Below, piece after piece: positions 7,313 through 17,767 of a stretch of 64,000 bases of DNA (positions are counted from its first letter, which is position 1; each line of letters begins with the position of its first letter). The position numbers were made by a program, and so were the translations under genes. Source of the stretch: a virus; IMG/VR virus record IMGVR_UViG_3300032285_000709, positions 1 through 64,000 of that record; one strand, 5' to 3'. The notes under the pieces were generated by a model. It was not told where the DNA came from. It worked only from the letters and a program-made list of their open reading frames with translations, and made no database searches.

Positions 7313-7921
7313 ATGTTTAATAATATTGAAGAGCTAAAAGCGCATGTAGAACACTTAAAAACTGCACCGCCGTACGAAATTAACGAGCATCTTGCAACAT
7401 TGCAGAGATTTGGTTCAGAGTGCGAAACTATCTGCGAATTTGGCATTGGGTGGTTTACAAGTACCTGGGCATTACTGTCCACTCAACCTAAATGGATGAG
7501 AAGCTACGATAGCAACCCCGAGTACGATACTTCGGGTCACGTGTTTCATGATACTGCAAATGCCGCTAGAGCAACTGCCTCAACACTAGGTATAGATTAT
7601 ATATTAAAAGTACAAGATTCAGGTGCTGAAGATTTTGTTATTGACGAATGCGATTTACTTTTTATCGACAGCTTACACAACGGATGGCATCTTAAAAAAG
7701 AACTTACTAATCACGCCCACAAGGTAAGAAAATATATCATATTCCACGACACTGAAAAGTACGGTCAGATGGGGCAAGACGGTGGTCCTCCATGGCGCGA
7801 TCTACATCCAGATGTTCCCGGTCTCAACGGTGCTATCGATGAGTTCTTAGCTCAGAATCCAGAATGGCAAGTTAAAGAACGCTATTCTAACTGTAACGGA
7901 CTATTAGTCATTGGAAAATGA
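7313..7921 (+). CDS. class I SAM-dependent methyltransferase (Methyltransf_24-like)
   Basis: ICEFGI, DLLFIDSLH, IIFHD; start moved to the ATG after AAGGA because 7265 lies inside tRNA-Thr. Confidence 0.75.
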   Translation: MFNNIEELKAHVEHLKTAPPYEINEHLATLQRFGSECETICEFGIGWFTSTWALLSTQPKWMRSYDSNPEYDTSGHVFHDTANAARATASTLGIDYILKVQDSGAEDFVIDECDLLFIDSLHNGWHLKKELTNHAHKVRKYIIFHDTEKYGQMGQDGGPPWRDLHPDVPGLNGAIDEFLAQNPEWQVKERYSNCNGLLVIGK

Positions 7922-8775
7922 TTTCTGATCTAACTATCGTTGTAATTGACAGCCTCAATTACAACGCTTCTGTTATAGCATTAGATCAAACTAGAAAAAT
8001 ATTTCCACAGGCTAAAGTACTGATTATAAGTGATAAAGAATTTTATCCTTGTGATAAGTTCCATTACGTTGATAAGTTTGACGGCACAGAACATTCTAGA
8101 ATCTGTCTACAAGAAGTACACAAACATGTAGACACATCACACGCATTGTTTATACAATACGACGGATTCCCTACCCAACCTCAATACTGGACTGACGAAT
8201 TTTTAAAGTACGACTACATCGGGTCTCCGTGGCTCAGGCATGATGTTTGGAGGGTAGGTAATGGCGGGTTTAGTTTGCGCAGTAAAAAATTACTAGAACT
8301 AACACAATATACTCCGCAAGTGTTTGATGGAGACATTGGGCATCTAGAAGATCAAGTTATTAGCATCAGCAGTCGTGCCTGGTTAGAAGCTAGAGGCATA
8401 CGCTATCCATCTATCGAGTTAGCCTCGCAGTTTGGTACAGTCGAACCCTATATGTTAAAGCCATCCCTCGGATTCCACGGGCACGGATTGGTTCCTGAAT
8501 ACCTTGGTAAAGAAAAAACTCTAGAATGGTTAGACGCTATCGATAACGACTTCAGTGTCTATCATAGAAATTTGTTTACTATACCTTACTACTTATGGAA
8601 ATGGAACGAACTTGACCGTCTGAGAAGTTTTATGCTAAGAGCTAATGAAGTCTTTCCAGGATATACACAAAAATGCTGGGACGAATGTAGATGGCGTATC
8701 GGTCTCGCTTACCCAGATCAAGATCCCTGGGAGTTACAAAAAATGATATTTGTCTACGGATATACGGGTCCTTAG
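7918..8775 (+). CDS. DUF5672-like glycosyltransferase-fold protein
   Basis: IQYDG, YDYIGSPW, VGNGGFSLRS, ED and GFH motifs. Confidence 0.75.
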   Translation: MISDLTIVVIDSLNYNASVIALDQTRKIFPQAKVLIISDKEFYPCDKFHYVDKFDGTEHSRICLQEVHKHVDTSHALFIQYDGFPTQPQYWTDEFLKYDYIGSPWLRHDVWRVGNGGFSLRSKKLLELTQYTPQVFDGDIGHLEDQVISISSRAWLEARGIRYPSIELASQFGTVEPYMLKPSLGFHGHGLVPEYLGKEKTLEWLDAIDNDFSVYHRNLFTIPYYLWKWNELDRLRSFMLRANEVFPGYTQKCWDECRWRIGLAYPDQDPWELQKMIFVYGYTGP

Positions 8776-8840
8776 TTCAATGGATAGAATACGAGTCTTC
8801 GAAACTTGCGATGTAGGTTCGATTCCTACAGGGCCCGCCA
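8766..8840 (+). tRNA. tRNA-Arg(TCG)
   Basis: GGGTCCT/AGGGCCC acceptor, CGAGT-CTTCGAA-ACTTG, A20 in the D loop, CCA. Confidence 0.92.
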
Positions 8841-8862
8841 CTAACAAGGAATAATTAAAAGT

Positions 8863-9114
8863 ATGAGTACAAGAGAAAATGTTATCACCAATATGTGTTA
8901 TACAATGCGGCACGACTACGGACTAGATAAACATCCAGACGATGCCAGCTTTGTAGCAGGAATGACCATATCAGAACGAAATGCGTTATGGAAACAGATG
9001 GCACAGGTTTTTGATAATGACATCGCACCCCATATGGTATTCAAAACCCCCGATCCGAAATATGTTGCTGATGTTGCAGAGCATTTCAAAAATCAAAACT
9101 TGCATTCTGAATGA
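8863..9114 (+). CDS. hypothetical protein
   Basis: ORF with upstream AAGGA, coupled to the next gene. Confidence 0.6.
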   Translation: MSTRENVITNMCYTMRHDYGLDKHPDDASFVAGMTISERNALWKQMAQVFDNDIAPHMVFKTPDPKYVADVAEHFKNQNLHSE

Positions 9115-9737
9115 AAACAGTAGATAAAGAATTACGTCAGCTGTTCCCCACACCTATGTTTGTTGCTAAACTAGATAGCACAGACGTTTGCGATCTTGCA
9201 ATTTTAGAATTAGAAAAACTTGCAAAAGCAGGTACAGGGCATAGCAATGATTTTGCTTGGACAACTGACGACAACTTGCATACACTACCACAGTTCAAAC
9301 CATTAACAGACTTTTTGTATGCCGAAGCTGGCGAAGTTTTAGATGTTATGGGTATTAAAAGACGCTTCCACGAAATTACTTGCATGTGGGCCAACGTAGC
9401 AGAAGTCGGACATCAACACATTATACATGCTCATTCTAATAGTTTTTTAAGCGGACTACTATATTTGCAAGCACCTGAAGGTTCGGGCGCAACAGTTTTT
9501 ATGGATCCGAGGCCTGCGGCCGTTATGTGGGATCCAGATTATCTTGATAAAGAATCATTTAAAACAGCTTACATAAGCAACAAAGCAGAAAAGGGTGTTT
9601 TAACATTCTTCCCAAGTTGGCTAACCCACGGAGTTGATGTGGGCAGAAAACGTCCAGAAGAAAAACGTATAGTTTTAAGTTTTAATGTAATGATACGGGG
9701 TCCTATGACTCAGCATTCAAAAAGGCTTGATTTATAA
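9111..9737 (+). CDS. 2OG-Fe(II) oxygenase (TIGR02466-like)
   Basis: LFPTP, MWAN, HAHSNS, DPRP, FPSWLTHGV, RIVLSFN. Confidence 0.88.
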   Translation: MKTVDKELRQLFPTPMFVAKLDSTDVCDLAILELEKLAKAGTGHSNDFAWTTDDNLHTLPQFKPLTDFLYAEAGEVLDVMGIKRRFHEITCMWANVAEVGHQHIIHAHSNSFLSGLLYLQAPEGSGATVFMDPRPAAVMWDPDYLDKESFKTAYISNKAEKGVLTFFPSWLTHGVDVGRKRPEEKRIVLSFNVMIRGPMTQHSKRLDL

Positions 9738-9756
9738 TTTTACAGGATTTATAATG

Positions 9757-9764
9757 TATAAATA
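9757..9764 (+). promoter_or_regulatory. T4-like late promoter
   Basis: TATAAATA upstream of the dnaK leader. Confidence 0.55.
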
Positions 9765-9766
9765 TC

Positions 9767-9836
9767 ATGTCAACTGTGCCGAACGGGCAGTGACATTAGT
9801 TTATAAAAATCTTGCTTATTAAAGGAGAAAAATATG
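9767..9836 (+). promoter_or_regulatory. ROSE-like RNA thermometer in the dnaK 5' UTR
   Basis: 5' hairpin 9767-9796; TCTT-G-CTT (9810-9817) pairs with AAGGAGA (9822-9828) leaving a bulged G. Confidence 0.55.
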
Positions 9837-11759
9837 TCAAAGATTATCGGTATCGATTTAGGTACAACAAATTCATGTGTAGCCATTATTGAAAATGGTG
9901 TTGCAAAAGTTCTAGAGAACGCAGAAGGCGCTCGCACTACCCCAAGTATTATTGCCTATGGTGATGAAATCCTTGTAGGTGCACCTGCAAAGCGTCAAGC
10001 AGTAACAAACCCAAAAAATACTATCTATGCGGCCAAGCGTTTAATTGGTCGTAAATTTGCCGAGAAAGAAGTTCAGAAAGACATCGACTTGATGCCTTAC
10101 AAAATTATTCAAGCAGACAACGGCGATGCTTGGATCGAAGCTAACAACGATAAATTAGCACCCCCACAAATTTCAGCAGAAGTTCTTCGTAAGATGAAAA
10201 AGACCGCTGAAGACTATTTAGGTTCAGAAGTAACACAGGCTGTTATTACAGTTCCTGCTTACTTTAACGATGCACAACGTCAAGCAACTAAGGACGCAGG
10301 CAAGATTGCTGGACTAGAAGTACTACGTATTATTAACGAGCCCACAGCGGCCGCATTAGCATATGGAGTAGATAAAAATGATAAACGTGATCGTAAGATT
10401 GCTGTGTATGACCTTGGTGGCGGTACTTTTGATGTGTCTATCATTGAAATTGCTTCAGTCGACGGTGATAAACAAATTGAAGTTCTCTCTACCAATGGTG
10501 ACACATTCCTCGGCGGTGAAGACTTTGACCAACGTATTATGGATTTCTTAGTTGACGAATTTAAGAAAGACAACGGTGTTGACCTTAAGAAAGATGTTCT
10601 AGCACTACAGCGTTTGAAGGAAGCTTCTGAAAAAGCCAAGATCGAACTGTCAAGCTCTGCACAAACTGATGTTAACTTGCCATACATTACAGCAGATGCA
10701 ACAGGTCCTAAGCACATGAACGTTAAGTTAACTCGTGCTAAGTTAGAAGACCTAGTAGCAGAGTTAATTGAGCGATCAGTACAGCCTTGCAAAACTGCTA
10801 TGAAGGATGCAGGTTGTGATGCTTCTGATATTGATGAAGTTATCCTAGTTGGTGGTATGACCCGCATGCCAAAGGTACAGGAAACTGTAGAGAAGTTGTT
10901 TGGTAAAGCACCACGTAAAGATGTTAACCCAGACGAAGCAGTTGCCGCTGGTGCCGCCATTCAAGGTGATGTGTTAGGTGGCGGACGTAAAGACGTTCTA
11001 TTGTTAGACGTTACTCCGTTGAGCTTGGGCATCGAAACCCAAGGTGGCGTGATGACTAAGATGATCAAGAAGAACACAACTATCCCAACCAAGTATAGCC
11101 AAACATATTCTACTGCGGATGACAACCAGCCCGCTGTTACTATCAAAGTTTACCAAGGTGAACGTGATCTAGTCATTGGTAACAAGTTACTAGGCGAGTT
11201 TAATTTGGAAGGTATTGATCCAGCACCGCGCGGTATGCCACAAATTGAAGTTACATTTGATATTGATGCCAATGGCATCCTTGACGTACATGCCAAAGAT
11301 AAGAAAACTGGTAAAGAAAAGAAAATTACCATTAAGGCAAGTTCAGGACTATCAGAAGCTGAAATTGAAAAGATGGTAGCAGATGCAGAAGCTAATGCGG
11401 AAGAAGATAAAAAGACCTTAGAACTTATCAATGTGCGTAACGAAAGTGATGCGGCTATTGCCCAAACTGAACGCCAAATGAAAGAGCTCGGTCATTTAGT
11501 ATCCGATGACGAACGTGCTTTGGCAGAAAGTTCAATTGCCAAAGCCAAAGAAGCTAATGCAGGAACTGACAAACAAGCAATCGTAGAAGCTTCAACTGCG
11601 GTCAAAGACATACTTGGTAAATTTATGCAGAAGTCTGCAGAAGTTAAAGAATCAACTAGACAAGAAAACGAGATGGACAAAGGTAAACGTCCGGAAGTTG
11701 ATGATATGCAGGCAGGTCAGGACAGCGTAGTAGATGCTGATTTTACCGAAGTTAAGTAA
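9834..11759 (+). CDS. dnaK: Hsp70 chaperone DnaK
   Basis: [38 protein letters not shown]; ends VDADFTEVK. Confidence 0.98.
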   Translation: MSKIIGIDLGTTNSCVAIIENGVAKVLENAEGARTTPSIIAYGDEILVGAPAKRQAVTNPKNTIYAAKRLIGRKFAEKEVQKDIDLMPYKIIQADNGDAWIEANNDKLAPPQISAEVLRKMKKTAEDYLGSEVTQAVITVPAYFNDAQRQATKDAGKIAGLEVLRIINEPTAAALAYGVDKNDKRDRKIAVYDLGGGTFDVSIIEIASVDGDKQIEVLSTNGDTFLGGEDFDQRIMDFLVDEFKKDNGVDLKKDVLALQRLKEASEKAKIELSSSAQTDVNLPYITADATGPKHMNVKLTRAKLEDLVAELIERSVQPCKTAMKDAGCDASDIDEVILVGGMTRMPKVQETVEKLFGKAPRKDVNPDEAVAAGAAIQGDVLGGGRKDVLLLDVTPLSLGIETQGGVMTKMIKKNTTIPTKYSQTYSTADDNQPAVTIKVYQGERDLVIGNKLLGEFNLEGIDPAPRGMPQIEVTFDIDANGILDVHAKDKKTGKEKKITIKASSGLSEAEIEKMVADAEANAEEDKKTLELINVRNESDAAIAQTERQMKELGHLVSDDERALAESSIAKAKEANAGTDKQAIVEASTAVKDILGKFMQKSAEVKESTRQENEMDKGKRPEVDDMQAGQDSVVDADFTEVK

Positions 11760-11988
11760 TAAACTAAAAAGACTCTGGCGTTTGTGGGCAAAAAGTTTGG
11801 GCGAAAAGTCCGGAACCACTAACGCCGAGTCCGATATGATCGCTATAATTAGAACTGTAATAGTGCTAACTTATATCGTAACCAATTTCTTTATTGTAGC
11901 AGGCGTAATTAGGCACTGGTAGTACATTAAGTACCAACTTAATGGTTTTATTTACCGACTGGTAAATATATTATATCGGAGTTCAATC

Positions 11989-12720
11989 GTGGCAACAGCT
12001 TCCTCATTTGACTGGAGTGAGTGGGACAAAGAAACCATAATAGACATGGTCTATATGGCCAAAGATCTCGTGGTCAATCAAAACTTAACGATCACAGAAT
12101 TTAACAAGCGATTGACTAGACATATCAAATATTGGTTGCCTATCAGAAGTCGCAAAAGTCTTGAACCGCAAGTCGATAAAGGTTTTGTTTGGATTGGTGG
12201 AATGTACTATACCGATTACGACCAACAAAAGCAAAAAAGTATTGAACTATGTTTAGCCTATCATAAAGGCGACAGAATGATAAATCTAACAGCACGTAGA
12301 TTTACCAGAGTATGCCACAGAATTGCAGATGTGCTACTGCACGAAATAATCCACATGCGACAAGCTCGCAAGCGTAATTTTAAAAATTTACCAGGATATA
12401 GCTCAACCGCTGAATCTACAAAACAACGAGTAGAACAAGAATATCTGGGCGATCCAGACGAAATAGATGCTTATGCATTTAACATGGCTTGTGAACTTAA
12501 TGAAAAGTTTTCCGGTAATATCAAAGATATCGTCAATTACTTCAATGAACCACAAAAAGGTAAAAGACGCTATTACAACACATGGCGTATGTATCTCAAA
12601 GCATTTAATTGGGATAGCGACCATCGTATCATTAGACGCTTAAAAAAGCGTTGCATCTACTACTTAAACCGTAGTCAAATCTCCAAACCATATCACTGCA
12701 AAGACTGGATTCATCGATAA
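11989..12720 (+). CDS. hypothetical protein with HExxH motif
   Basis: LLHEIIH and EIDAYA; upstream TAAATA. Confidence 0.55.
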   Translation: MATASSFDWSEWDKETIIDMVYMAKDLVVNQNLTITEFNKRLTRHIKYWLPIRSRKSLEPQVDKGFVWIGGMYYTDYDQQKQKSIELCLAYHKGDRMINLTARRFTRVCHRIADVLLHEIIHMRQARKRNFKNLPGYSSTAESTKQRVEQEYLGDPDEIDAYAFNMACELNEKFSGNIKDIVNYFNEPQKGKRRYYNTWRMYLKAFNWDSDHRIIRRLKKRCIYYLNRSQISKPYHCKDWIHR

Positions 12721-12798
12721 CATTTTGGCATAATAATGTCTTGTTATTAAGGCAACATTGTGTTACAATTATTGTATGAATTTACTAGGATTGTTAAA

Positions 12799-13077
12799 AT
12801 GAAAGATAGAATAATTTTTCTGTCCTTGCTATGCGGAGTTGGCGTAGGGCTATTCGCATGCTCGGACGACTTTACAAGTTCTGCTAAGAAAATAAAAGAC
12901 AAGATGTCTATCAAAGTGTTACAAACATCAGACGCTGACCCAGATAGTGATTTACCAGCTGATTATACTCTGTTATGTATCGATGGTGTAAAATACATCA
13001 AAACTAAAGAAGGTGGGATCAGCGTAAAATACCAAGCGAATGAGAACGGTGACCCGAGTGCAGAAGAATGCGATTAA
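12799..13077 (+). CDS. putative lipoprotein
   Basis: Hydrophobic N-terminus ending LFAC. Confidence 0.45.
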   Translation: MKDRIIFLSLLCGVGVGLFACSDDFTSSAKKIKDKMSIKVLQTSDADPDSDLPADYTLLCIDGVKYIKTKEGGISVKYQANENGDPSAEECD

Positions 13078-13214
13078 TACATCCACTGCATACTCTAACT
13101 TAGCGTTTGAGGAAATTTTTTCTGATAAATTAGAGAGTGGTGGTCCTGTTTTATTAAGTCAAAGTCAAAACAAACTTTTAAGCCGCCAAAGATTAAAATC
13201 ACAAAAGGATAAAA

Positions 13215-13967
13215 ATGAAAAAAAATAAGTTGAATATCAATGTTAAGCCACAAGCGGCACCAGTAGCGGCACCTGCCGTACAACCGCAACAGGCTCAGCA
13301 ACAAGCTCAACCAGCACAAAAAGTAGCACAGCCAGCAGGTAAAACTCCAAGCGTAATGATCTTGGTTCCAGCAATGGAAATGGTTAATGCAGAATTTGCA
13401 CAACACTTGGCCATGGCCGCCGCTAACATGGTAGCCAATGGTATTAAGATCAACTGTGCATTTAATATTGGATCGGTTATTACAATCGCCCGTCGTAACC
13501 TAACTGATATCTTCCTTAAGAGTGATTTTGATTATGCATGGTGGGTCGACTCAGACATGAAGTTCCCAATTGACGCACCTATTAAACTATTGAAGCGTGG
13601 TGTACCATTAGTTGGAGCAAACTATCGCCGTCGCCGTTTCCCAAATCCAGGCTTTACTGGTATGATGGGGCAAGCCGGTAATTTTACAGAGTTAGTAACA
13701 GATGACAACAGTCCTGCTATGCAACCAGTAGATGTTCTACCACATGGTATGATGTTGGTACATCGCTCAGTGTACGAAAAAGTTCCACAGCCACATTACT
13801 TGCAAGACTATGTTCCAGAGATCAATCTTGAAATTGGTGAGGACATTTATTTCTGTAATAAGGCAAAGGAAGCAGGATTTACTCCATACTGTGATCACGA
13901 GTTGAGCCGTGAAATTGCACACATTGGTATCTTCCACTTTAACTATAATTTGTCAGTTCCACAATAA
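13215..13967 (+). CDS. GT-A fold (family 2-like) glycosyltransferase
   Basis: ARRNL, WVDSDM (DxD), GEDIYFC, IAHIG; Q/P/A-rich N-terminus. Confidence 0.75.
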   Translation: MKKNKLNINVKPQAAPVAAPAVQPQQAQQQAQPAQKVAQPAGKTPSVMILVPAMEMVNAEFAQHLAMAAANMVANGIKINCAFNIGSVITIARRNLTDIFLKSDFDYAWWVDSDMKFPIDAPIKLLKRGVPLVGANYRRRRFPNPGFTGMMGQAGNFTELVTDDNSPAMQPVDVLPHGMMLVHRSVYEKVPQPHYLQDYVPEINLEIGEDIYFCNKAKEAGFTPYCDHELSREIAHIGIFHFNYNLSVPQ

Positions 13968-13979
13968 CCCGGAGGTCCT

Positions 13980-14156
13980 ATGGACAATTTTGATTCAATT
14001 GAATTACGAAAAGTAAAAAATGGTGTAATCGTCGCACTACGCACTGACGAAGAAGATTCCGAATACATCTTTGATACTAATCGCAAAGCATTGAGATTTG
14101 TCAAGGACCTACTCGAAGGTAAATTTGTATTAGAAAAAGAAGCCGAAAATGATTGA
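13980..14156 (+). CDS. hypothetical protein, 58 aa (not in the ORF track)
   Basis: GGAGG RBS; MDNFDSIELRKVKNG...END*. Confidence 0.65.
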   Translation: MDNFDSIELRKVKNGVIVALRTDEEDSEYIFDTNRKALRFVKDLLEGKFVLEKEAEND

Positions 14157-14526
14157 AACTGCATTAGTGTTCCTAATGTTTCTTCAAATTAAACATTGGT
14201 ACATTGATTTTGTAAATCAAAGCAACATTGAAGTAGCAAGTAAAGGTATCTATGGTGATTTCCATGGTATCATGCACTCAGTAAAACAAGGTGTAGGCAC
14301 GGTGCTTTCTGCATGCCTAGCATTTGGGTGGTCATACATTTTCTTTTGTTTGGTGCTTGGAGTAATTGATTTCATCGCTCACTATCATATTGATTGGGCA
14401 AAGATGAACATCAACAGAATAAAAGGGTACACTATTGAGATGCCTCAATTCTGGGCATGGTTGGGTGCAGATCAATTAGCACATCAATTAACATATATTG
14501 GATTAGTATGGTTAGCCGTAGCGTGA
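14149..14526 (+). CDS. DUF3307-like membrane protein
   Basis: KHWYIDF, HYHIDWAK and DQLAHQ motifs; hydrophobic helices. Confidence 0.7.
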   Translation: MIETALVFLMFLQIKHWYIDFVNQSNIEVASKGIYGDFHGIMHSVKQGVGTVLSACLAFGWSYIFFCLVLGVIDFIAHYHIDWAKMNINRIKGYTIEMPQFWAWLGADQLAHQLTYIGLVWLAVA

Positions 14527-14873
14527 AGAAAGAATACAACATAGGTGATAGTGCCTGGATATACGGAGTTGCCGCTGGTCCGGGTTACAATCGCCTAACA
14601 CAAGGTACCGTTGTCCATTCGATGGAAATTGAAGGATACTCTGGAACACATTATGTTATAGCCATATCAAATGGCATCGAAGATTTACTCGAAGTTCGAA
14701 CTTGGGACAGCATGAGTCAAGACGATAAAGGTCCTATTGGATCTTTTAGAGAGTTGTTAATGAATCGCCCAGCTGAGCAGAAAATGCTGTTACGCACAGG
14801 TATGAGATTACCAGACGTTGAATTAAATCCAGAATTCATAGACGATGACCTCCCCGATCCAATTCAAGATTAA
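14523..14873 (+). CDS. hypothetical protein
   Basis: ORF; GTG start overlapping the upstream stop is the likely start. Confidence 0.5.
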   Translation: MKKEYNIGDSAWIYGVAAGPGYNRLTQGTVVHSMEIEGYSGTHYVIAISNGIEDLLEVRTWDSMSQDDKGPIGSFRELLMNRPAEQKMLLRTGMRLPDVELNPEFIDDDLPDPIQD

Positions 14874-15039
14874 AGGTCATAATAATGCTCATAAAGCCGC
14901 AAATTGGTGTATCGATCAATTTGGGTTAGACAGCTGGGAAATGATGTTGAATACATCGAGTTGGGACCTTTATGAATTTAAATTCAAAGAGTCGCAAGAA
15001 GCTACATTATTTGCGTTAACATGGGCCGAGTACGCATAA
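14845..15039 (+). CDS. hypothetical protein
   Basis: Small ORF in a tight operon; ends ATLFALTW. Confidence 0.5.
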   Translation: MTSPIQFKIKGHNNAHKAANWCIDQFGLDSWEMMLNTSSWDLYEFKFKESQEATLFALTWAEYA

Positions 15040-15320
15040 ACTTTAATAAAGAAGGATTGGGCAACACCATGTTCAACAATGTACTCAATGCCTTTAAAAA
15101 AGAACACGGATATCACGCAAACGCATATGACGGATATTACAATAAAAAACCATATTGGAAAAGTGAATTAAGTGAATGGCTATCAGTAAAAGGGTTTCCG
15201 TGTTTGATGTGTATGGAAATGACAGATACCCAGATTGGTTCGTCTACTACGGCATACGACCTTATAGGAGTGGAGATGGACAGCGCAACCGCTACCGCGT
15301 TCATAATAACATGGTCGTAG
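15021..15320 (+). CDS. hypothetical protein
   Basis: Small ORF; ends ATAFIITWS, similar to its neighbour. Confidence 0.5.
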   Translation: MGRVRINFNKEGLGNTMFNNVLNAFKKEHGYHANAYDGYYNKKPYWKSELSEWLSVKGFPCLMCMEMTDTQIGSSTTAYDLIGVEMDSATATAFIITWS

Positions 15321-15592
15321 AATCCAAACAAATTATCGTACACACAATTACTATGGGCGATGTCGAAGACCCAGATTTAATGGTAGCCGAGCCAATTTAC
15401 AAATGGCAACAAACAGATCACGGAAAATGGGTCATGGAAAACGCTGTTCCAGAAAGCCCAATGTGGAATAGATATTTGGACCCAATGTCCTATGGGCACA
15501 AGTACATGATATCCGCAGTATTTGAAGGGTCCAAAATAACAGAGTACTACTTACGTTTTGGCGATTCTGCCCAAAAAAGAGTTCCTTTATAG
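15311..15592 (+). CDS. hypothetical phage protein
   Basis: MGDVEDPDL...W...GKWVM; start trimmed relative to the track. Confidence 0.55.
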   Translation: MVVESKQIIVHTITMGDVEDPDLMVAEPIYKWQQTDHGKWVMENAVPESPMWNRYLDPMSYGHKYMISAVFEGSKITEYYLRFGDSAQKRVPL

Positions 15593-15621
15593 TTGACAAA
15601 ACCATCAATTGATGTTATAAT
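15593..15621 (+). promoter_or_regulatory. sigma70-type promoter (predicts a leaderless mRNA)
   Basis: TTGACA-17-TATAAT, 6 nt before ATG 15628. Confidence 0.8.
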
Positions 15622-15627
15622 TGTACT

Positions 15628-16164
15628 ATGAAAATAACATCACTTGATTTAGAACTGAACCAACCTTCGGGAAAAATTATCCAAATTGGTGCTGTAATAG
15701 GCGATACCCAAACAGGAGAAATTTCTCAACGGTTGCGTATCTATGTAGACCCACAAGAACAACTAAGTGATTTTATTACTGAGTTAACTGGTATTAGTCA
15801 GCAACACATTGATACTCACGGAGTAAGTTTAAAAGAAGCATATCTTCAACTGAGAGAATTTCATCTTAGGCATTCAACTTTTATCAACCCGTTAACATGG
15901 GGCGGAGGTGATAGCCAAGAAATTTTTAATCAATTGTCACCAGAAGATCGAGTAGAATGGCCCTTTGGACGCAGATGGGTAGATGCAAAAACACTTTATG
16001 TAAGTGAGTGCATTGCAAAAGGATTACCTGTTCAGGGTGGCCTAAGCAAAGTGATGACTAAGTACAGTATGAATTTTAAAGGGCGTAAACACGATGCCCA
16101 AGACGATGCAGAAAACACGTTTAGACTGTATCATGAAATGTTAGTAAGAATAAGGAACAAATGA
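15628..16164 (+). CDS. DEDDh 3'-5' exonuclease
   Basis: SLDLE, IIQIGA, ELTGI, TWGGGD, HDAQDDA. Confidence 0.88.
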   Translation: MKITSLDLELNQPSGKIIQIGAVIGDTQTGEISQRLRIYVDPQEQLSDFITELTGISQQHIDTHGVSLKEAYLQLREFHLRHSTFINPLTWGGGDSQEIFNQLSPEDRVEWPFGRRWVDAKTLYVSECIAKGLPVQGGLSKVMTKYSMNFKGRKHDAQDDAENTFRLYHEMLVRIRNK

Positions 16165-17000
16165 TGAGATCACATTATTGGACAATTAGCAAGTTTGCAG
16201 GATGGATTCGCGGTACTCCTAGTCCTGGTGCCCTTACATCCGAAGGTTGGGATGAGTGGCATGAAAAGGCCAGCAAACTGCATCCCGTTCGATATTGGAT
16301 TGCCGAAGAAGGTTTAGACTATCTTCAGAAGTTTGTTTACTATATTCCAGATAAATTAAATGATGTTAGATATTATATTAATAATCGTTGGGTTAGCCGC
16401 AGTCATAGTCTCACTGCTCACCCTCGTGATATTCGTCCTGGCGACTGGTGCGATGTTGGGAATCGATTCCTGCCATGCCTATTTAATGAGCTTGTGGACT
16501 TCGTTGAAATAGAGCAAGCATGGCATCATTGCCTATGGAGTGACGAAGCTAAGACCAAGTTTGATGTGCCCTGGTATCGCCGCGGTTGGTTGCGCTGGCG
16601 TACTTGGCGATGCCCAGAAGCAGGTATGGAGTATCTAAAGTGGGCCAGCGGGCTTGTTGTAGATGACCATATGGGTGCAGAGCCTGGTAGCAAAGGCTAC
16701 GGTGAGCCAACTTATCAAGCCAAAGCCGCTAAGGAAATTATCGAGCTTTACACTTGGTGGACTGTAACTTATCGTAATCGTCCAGATCCGTACGAAGCCA
16801 GTGGCTGGACTGAGTATTGCGAAGCCAGTCGTATTGCTAACGGTGGCCGACTAAGTTTCAGCGGAGACAAGACTCCTGAAATGCGTAAGATGAGTGACAA
16901 GGCACATAAGCTATTGCGTAAAATTGAAGCGGCTTATGAAAAAGAAGATGAACAGATGATGATCCGTTTAATTAAGATAAGACAATCACTATGGACTTGA
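16161..17000 (+). CDS. hypothetical Trp-rich phage protein
   Basis: Long ORF with coupled start and stop. Confidence 0.6.
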   Translation: MMRSHYWTISKFAGWIRGTPSPGALTSEGWDEWHEKASKLHPVRYWIAEEGLDYLQKFVYYIPDKLNDVRYYINNRWVSRSHSLTAHPRDIRPGDWCDVGNRFLPCLFNELVDFVEIEQAWHHCLWSDEAKTKFDVPWYRRGWLRWRTWRCPEAGMEYLKWASGLVVDDHMGAEPGSKGYGEPTYQAKAAKEIIELYTWWTVTYRNRPDPYEASGWTEYCEASRIANGGRLSFSGDKTPEMRKMSDKAHKLLRKIEAAYEKEDEQMMIRLIKIRQSLWT

Positions 17001-17767
17001 AAGGCACAGTTAAAGTTGGGTGGACTCCTTTTGTCCATAATGAAGGTCAACCTAGCGACAGCTTTGGGTATTTTTCAGAATGGCAAAACGTAGCAGTACA
17101 ACCGCCCGAACTTGCATACAAAACTATTGCAGGAGATAGAGAAGGTAGTGATATCCTTCCCTGTCCCGCAATACAAGGATATTTTAAAAATACATATCTA
17201 ATTCGCTGTCCTGTAGATTTTACCATTATTCCAAAACCAAATGCTAAGACCTACAGCATTGATCGGTTTGATCAAAAGTTTTTTAATGAGTGGTGCATTC
17301 GTAGACCTAATGATTTTATAAATCCGGATCGTCCTATTTGCACACTAGGTCCTAAAATGGTGTTTGTTGCTGACGAAGATGTTATTATTGAATCGTTGCC
17401 TGCTATGATGCACGATAGTCCTACCTTAAGAAATATTAGGGTCATTCCTGGTACATACAATATTCATCGTTGGATACGTCCGTTAGACTTTACATTTGAA
17501 ATTTTAGATCCTAGTCAACCATTAGAATTTAAAAGAGGTGATCCGTTATTCTACGTTAGGTTTATTGACAAAAAGGGCCGAAAGGTAGAATTAGAAAGAA
17601 TAGAACAGTCTAATGATCTATTAAAAACTATGTACGGAATGATTGTTGTAAAAAACTACATTCAAAAGTTAGGTCTTGAGAAGATGTATGAAATGGCTCA
17701 CGATTGGATTAAAAATCGTAAGTGGTTAGGTAAAACTAAAAAATGTCCATTTAACTGGAGAAAATAA
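16991..17767 (+). CDS. hypothetical protein (possible dUTPase-like beta fold)
   Basis: CPAI, IPG, FKRGDPL. Confidence 0.5.
   Translation: MDLKGTVKVGWTPFVHNEGQPSDSFGYFSEWQNVAVQPPELAYKTIAGDREGSDILPCPAIQGYFKNTYLIRCPVDFTIIPKPNAKTYSIDRFDQKFFNEWCIRRPNDFINPDRPICTLGPKMVFVADEDVIIESLPAMMHDSPTLRNIRVIPGTYNIHRWIRPLDFTFEILDPSQPLEFKRGDPLFYVRFIDKKGRKVELERIEQSNDLLKTMYGMIVVKNYIQKLGLEKMYEMAHDWIKNRKWLGKTKKCPFNWRK

Noticed and set aside
10280-11680. Long antisense ORFs opposite dnaK
   Set aside because: Typical shadow frames of a conserved, codon-biased gene.
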